From NCBI GenBank assembly GCA_012295275.1, contig CM022674.1, positions 10,974,001-11,038,000 of the forward strand: DNA of 64,000 bases. The letters are read 5' to 3'. This stretch comes from Chrysomallon squamiferum. Lineage: Eukaryota > Animalia > Mollusca. Below the pieces are notes generated by a model that saw only the letters and a program-made list of their open reading frames with translations, did no database searches and was not told the DNA's origin. Of the stretch, positions 59,541 to 64,000 are shown one piece after another. Numbering within the stretch: position 1 is the first letter of the stretch; each line of letters opens with the position of its first letter. Position numbers and translations under genes: made by a program.

Positions 59541-60275
59541 AACATACACACAATAAATTCTTATTAATCCATCAATTTTAAATTTTAATATTTTTGTAAT
59601 TCTTGTAAATCAGTTTATTTGTTATCATTTGTAATTCTCTAGTTTATTTGTTATCATTTGTAAGTCTCTAGTTCATTTGTTTAAATCATTCTTATACAGA
59701 TGAATATTTTTCAGTTATATGCAGAATATCATAATTAGCAAATGAAAAATGAAGGTGTGCAAATTATTTATTTGATCTTTTAGTGTCCTCAGTTAGCTTA
59801 ATGCATTTAACCTACAATATTAATATTTGTCAACTTATATTCCAAACATGTTAGTAAAACAAAAGTGCACAAATACACACACACAAACACACAGACACAC
59901 AGAGGTATTCACACATATGCATGAATACACATTAGGTTTAATGATGTTTTGGATGACATGTTCAGTTGCCTCTCCATATGAGAATAGGAAAGAAGATATC
60001 AGACGGAACTGCATATGCATGTTCTGATTTAGCCTGTTGTGTCCATCTTGAAAATATGATATCAAAAGTATTTTGTAATTTAAATTACAATTGATTTATA
60101 AAATATTATCATCATTCAGGTGCAATTTAAATTAAAATGAAAGTTAAATGTTATAATGTTATCTTACTATCTTTTGTTTCTTTATTTTCAGAAAAGCACG
60201 GTCCTTGTATGGAGTTAGTCCAAACTGCAAATTTGGTCCAAAAGGTTTTCTGGAAGATAATACAGAAACAATACT
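58639..60275 (+). CDS. First two coding exons of an unidentified gene divergent from CSTF1 (Ser/Thr/Pro-rich N-terminus); continues downstream
   Basis: ATG at 58639 opens MNGSSGNETESS...TPPTPPTPPTPTTPTTPTKRADRY. The phase-2 donor after 58907 (AG|gtattg) matches a phase-2 acceptor at 60192 (tttcag|A AAA GCA CGG). That exon reads KARSLYGVSPNCKFGPKGFLEDNTETI and ends at a GTAAGT donor after 60275. Confidence 0.65.
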
Positions 60276-63200
60276 GTAAGTTGAACTAAAAATTAAATTC
60301 TGCAGCCTAAAATCAAATCGTATTCAAATAGTTATAGGATCATGGACAAAGATGGGCTTTCAGAAATAAATAAGTATAAATTATATAGACACACTCACAT
60401 AAAATAGTGGTGAACTGATTTATTTAATGAAATGTGTATTAAGATTTAATAATTCAGTAGGGATTCATTTTCATCCCAGGTATATTCTTGACTCCCATTT
60501 TTAACTGACAATATTTATAATTTATTTACATTTATTCATTTTATTTGTTTATTTATTTTTTAATTTATATATAGTTATTTATATTATCTATTTGTAAATT
60601 TGTTATTTATATATTTATTAATATATTTTAATTTTTTATTTATTTATATACTTATTTATTTTTATTTATCTATTTGTGAGTTTATTATTTATTTACAGTT
60701 TATTTATTTTTAATGTCTAAATTTATTTATGTACTTACTTAATCTTTTAAAATTTATTTCAAGAATAAAACAGTAAAGCTATTCTCTATTTAGCCATATG
60801 GATGCTTAAAGTATCAATAATTATTTTTTTATTTATCTTTATATATATGCTAGCTAAGTCAATTAGAATGAAAAATTTACATTTATACATTTTTGTATCA
60901 ACTCAACTCATACTGGATAAAATGAAACACATAAATACAAACTGACATATTTATAATTTTTAAGGTTTTAATAACATTAGCAAGATGTTAAATAATTTTA
61001 TTTTAATTAACCTTTGTTTCCAAACACAAGAATCAGGTTAATAAAAATGTCCCACATTTATTTACTTTTGAACCAGAGATTCAAAGTGTGTTGAAATTTT
61101 GTTTTTGTTTCCAGTATATGTGCAGGTATTTACAAATGTATTTTTAAAAGCCTCTTCTTCTTATATTTTTCCATAAACATGTTTAAAAAGGATATAAATT
61201 TTACTAAATTAAACATATTTATTATTTTTTATTTTTCCTTCTTTAATTTATATGTGTCCAAAATGTCCAGCATTAAGAACATGATCATTTTACCTTAAAC
61301 AAATAAACAAGGCAGGAAAGATAAAGTATCAGGATAATTGTCTAGTAATATTTGTATTCAGATTCAGTGATCTGTTGCAAAAAGTCATGTAACAGAGTAT
61401 GGTCCTGTGACAGGATACTAAGTATGGCCATCTTGAGGTTAGGTTGATTTCTTTGGAGTTTCATGGGTCTAGGAGCCTGTGCAGTTAATATGTGCTAATG
61501 GCTGCTGCTTATACATTTTTAACTGTTGAGTACCTAGGATCTCCATTGTACTGCTTTATCTGTAATGCTGTTACCATGACCCTGATACTAATGTTAAAAG
61601 GTTAATATTTAAGAAAGTCCAAAAATTATATATATGTATATACATTATATAAAAATAGCAGATTAATATAAAAAAAAAAAAATAAAATAAAATAAAATTA
61701 ACAAATAAAATAAATAAAAATGAAAGAAGAAGAAGAAGAAAAATTCAAACAGAAATATCAGTATTATTATCAATTTTTTTTTTTTTTCACCTTATAGCAC
61801 ACTCCTTAATTCTTCTAATACATAAATATAAATCTATTACTTTGCTTCTAGAATGACTGGCCAAGTGTGAATTGTATTCCATTAAAGAGAATTACCGTGG
61901 TGTATTGAGTTACAGATAATGAGCATTATTAAGTATTGTTGCAGACAAAGATATTGGCTAATTACTGTGTAATTAAATCTGTGGTGGAAATAACTGTATT
62001 AAAGAGAAATGATTTCTAGGGAGTAAGGTGTCATAATATCCATGTTATCAGCAAAAATAATTAGCATGATTGTGAAATTTATATATTTTTATTATTGTTG
62101 TTGTTTTTAATACAAGAGGGTTTATTTTTGTTTGTTTGTGTTGCAAAAATAAGAAAAATATTAGCCATGAAAATAGAGTTACACAAATATTATATCAGAA
62201 TAAAAGCAGAAATATCAATATAAATAATAATAATAATGATAATAATAATTACACTTCTTTAGATTCTTTTTTGTTTGAACATCATCATAATCTAATTATC
62301 ATCATCATTGTTATCATTATTATGTAACTGATTATTCTAGGAAACCATATACATTGCATTTTGATTTTTTAATAATTTATATCAATTCTAATTACTGAAT
62401 AAAAATTCCCAACTTTCTTTAATATTATCAAATAAGTTTCATAAATTTCATTCTGTAGAGAAACATAATTTTGTAATGTCCTTGTGGCTAAATGCTTTTC
62501 TCAGTAAAATCAAATTCTTAAAAAGTTTTTTTCTTTGGAAACATTAACTATAAAATTTTATAGCTTCAGGAAAAACTAATGATTGTTACCTGGGGTAACA
62601 GGTGTGAACTGTGTTTGAAATTCAAATTAAACTTTCACAGAAACTCTGTATAGCAGCCATATTTAAATATTGTTAACTTAGGCACCATATGGTAAATTTG
62701 CATAATTTTGATATCATTAAAAACAATGAATACAAATGGTAATGGAAATTGCTAAAAATGCAAATATTGTGAAAGATATTTAATTTTTATTGTTGGCATC
62801 ATATCTTCTTTGATCTTTTTTCTGTTACGAAAATCTTTCAGCAGTGGGAATCTATTGTGAGAAAAAGAATATTCATTTTAAAACATCACAGTCAGTTAAT
62901 ATATTAGCAGTAAGATATATTTTATGTAGACTTTCCCACAGACAGGAGAGTTCATAACATAATCACTGATAATTTAGCCACTGGGAGTTGGTTTAAATGG
63001 GATGTTTTAGTTACAGCTGACTCATATAAGTATGTAATGAGATAGTTACACAGACCTAGATTTGTTTTTTTCTTCCTGATTGTGTATTATTTAAGATTAC
63101 TCAGTGTTTGGTGTTTTACTCAGAATGCTGAGTCTTTTTTGACTCATTACTGTGACATCCCCTTCAGTTTTCATGACTTTTAAAAAGTATTGACTTTAAC

Positions 63201-64000
63201 CCTTTAAGCCACATAAATTAATAAATACATTTTTAAAGAATAATTTAAAAAAGAATACACTTTTAACTGTTTTAGTTTGTGTAAATTAAAGTGATTAAAA
63301 TTATTTCTGTAGTTTTTGAGTGTATTACTGTTAGCAGTTGTTAGATTTTAAACATTCTGTATTTGATGTATTCATTATAAAAAAAAGAAGAACAACAGAA
63401 AAAGTCTTCACAACTTGGGTTGCCCTTTTTTAATTGTTGTAAGGAAAATTCTATATCCACCTTCTCAGAAAGGAAAAACACAGAAACAGCACTTTGACTG
63501 AACTGGCAAAGAAAATTATTTTACTGAATGATTTGTTATTTCATCATACTTCATAAATTTATTTTAATATTACTTTAACAAAGTTTACAGTTTATTTTAA
63601 GAAACAAGCAGCATTTTTTTATTTGTAATTAATATTATTTTAAACAAAAATAGAAGTGGAAAGAAATTTAGTTTTTCTCATAAAGGTTAAGTATAGCATG
63701 TCAATTAAAACTGGCATGACATGAAACCACCATTCTGATTGGTTGATAAGAATCACCTGTTTAAACAATTTCCATTGGCTGACTGTTATCATCTGATATG
63801 AGGTCAGAGTTCACAGAGTAATAGCATCAGTTAAATTGTATATTGTTTTATAATCAGATAATCTGAACTTAGACACAGATGGTTCATGTATGATTGTTGT
63901 GTTTTTTATTCTGTTTCAGATACTGAAAATTGTTTTTAATCATGTATAATCAAGGCCTTTAGATTACTGACACAAATTCTCACAGATACAGGCTAATAAA

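Noticed and set aside
61360-64000. Further exons or an internal promoter of the divergent gene (GC-richer patch 61370-61600; ATTGG motifs at ~63738 and ~63774)
   Set aside because: I found no open, phase-compatible exon with convincing splice sites, and short motifs alone are insufficient.

Overview
AT-rich, microsatellite-rich, intron-dense metazoan genomic DNA (probably an invertebrate such as a mollusc; this is an inference). I traced three genes by hand from GT-AG boundaries and codon phase. (1) + strand 394-46103: the last ~57 exons (~10.7 kb of CDS, ~3,500 aa, 5' end outside the window) of a giant single-pass membrane protein. It has a PAN/Apple-like domain, many FN3-like repeats, a degenerate GH16/ConA-like segment, cadherin/Ig-like repeats, EGF domains, a TM helix and a short tail. 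(2) - strand 58110-48588: a complete 13-exon CSTF1 (CstF-50, WD40). (3) + strand from 58639: the first two exons of an unidentified gene, head-to-head with CSTF1. The main observation is that 12 of the ~14 well-preserved tandem repeats with complex units sit on splice junctions. The unit is usually a copy of the exon-intron boundary, amplified 2-25 times into the intron, giving arrays of decoy or alternative donors and acceptors in both genes and on both strands. Several units are in frame or recreate cassette/micro-exons and AG|GT motifs. There are also three MITE-like insertions and one exon that looks scrambled (9552-10040).
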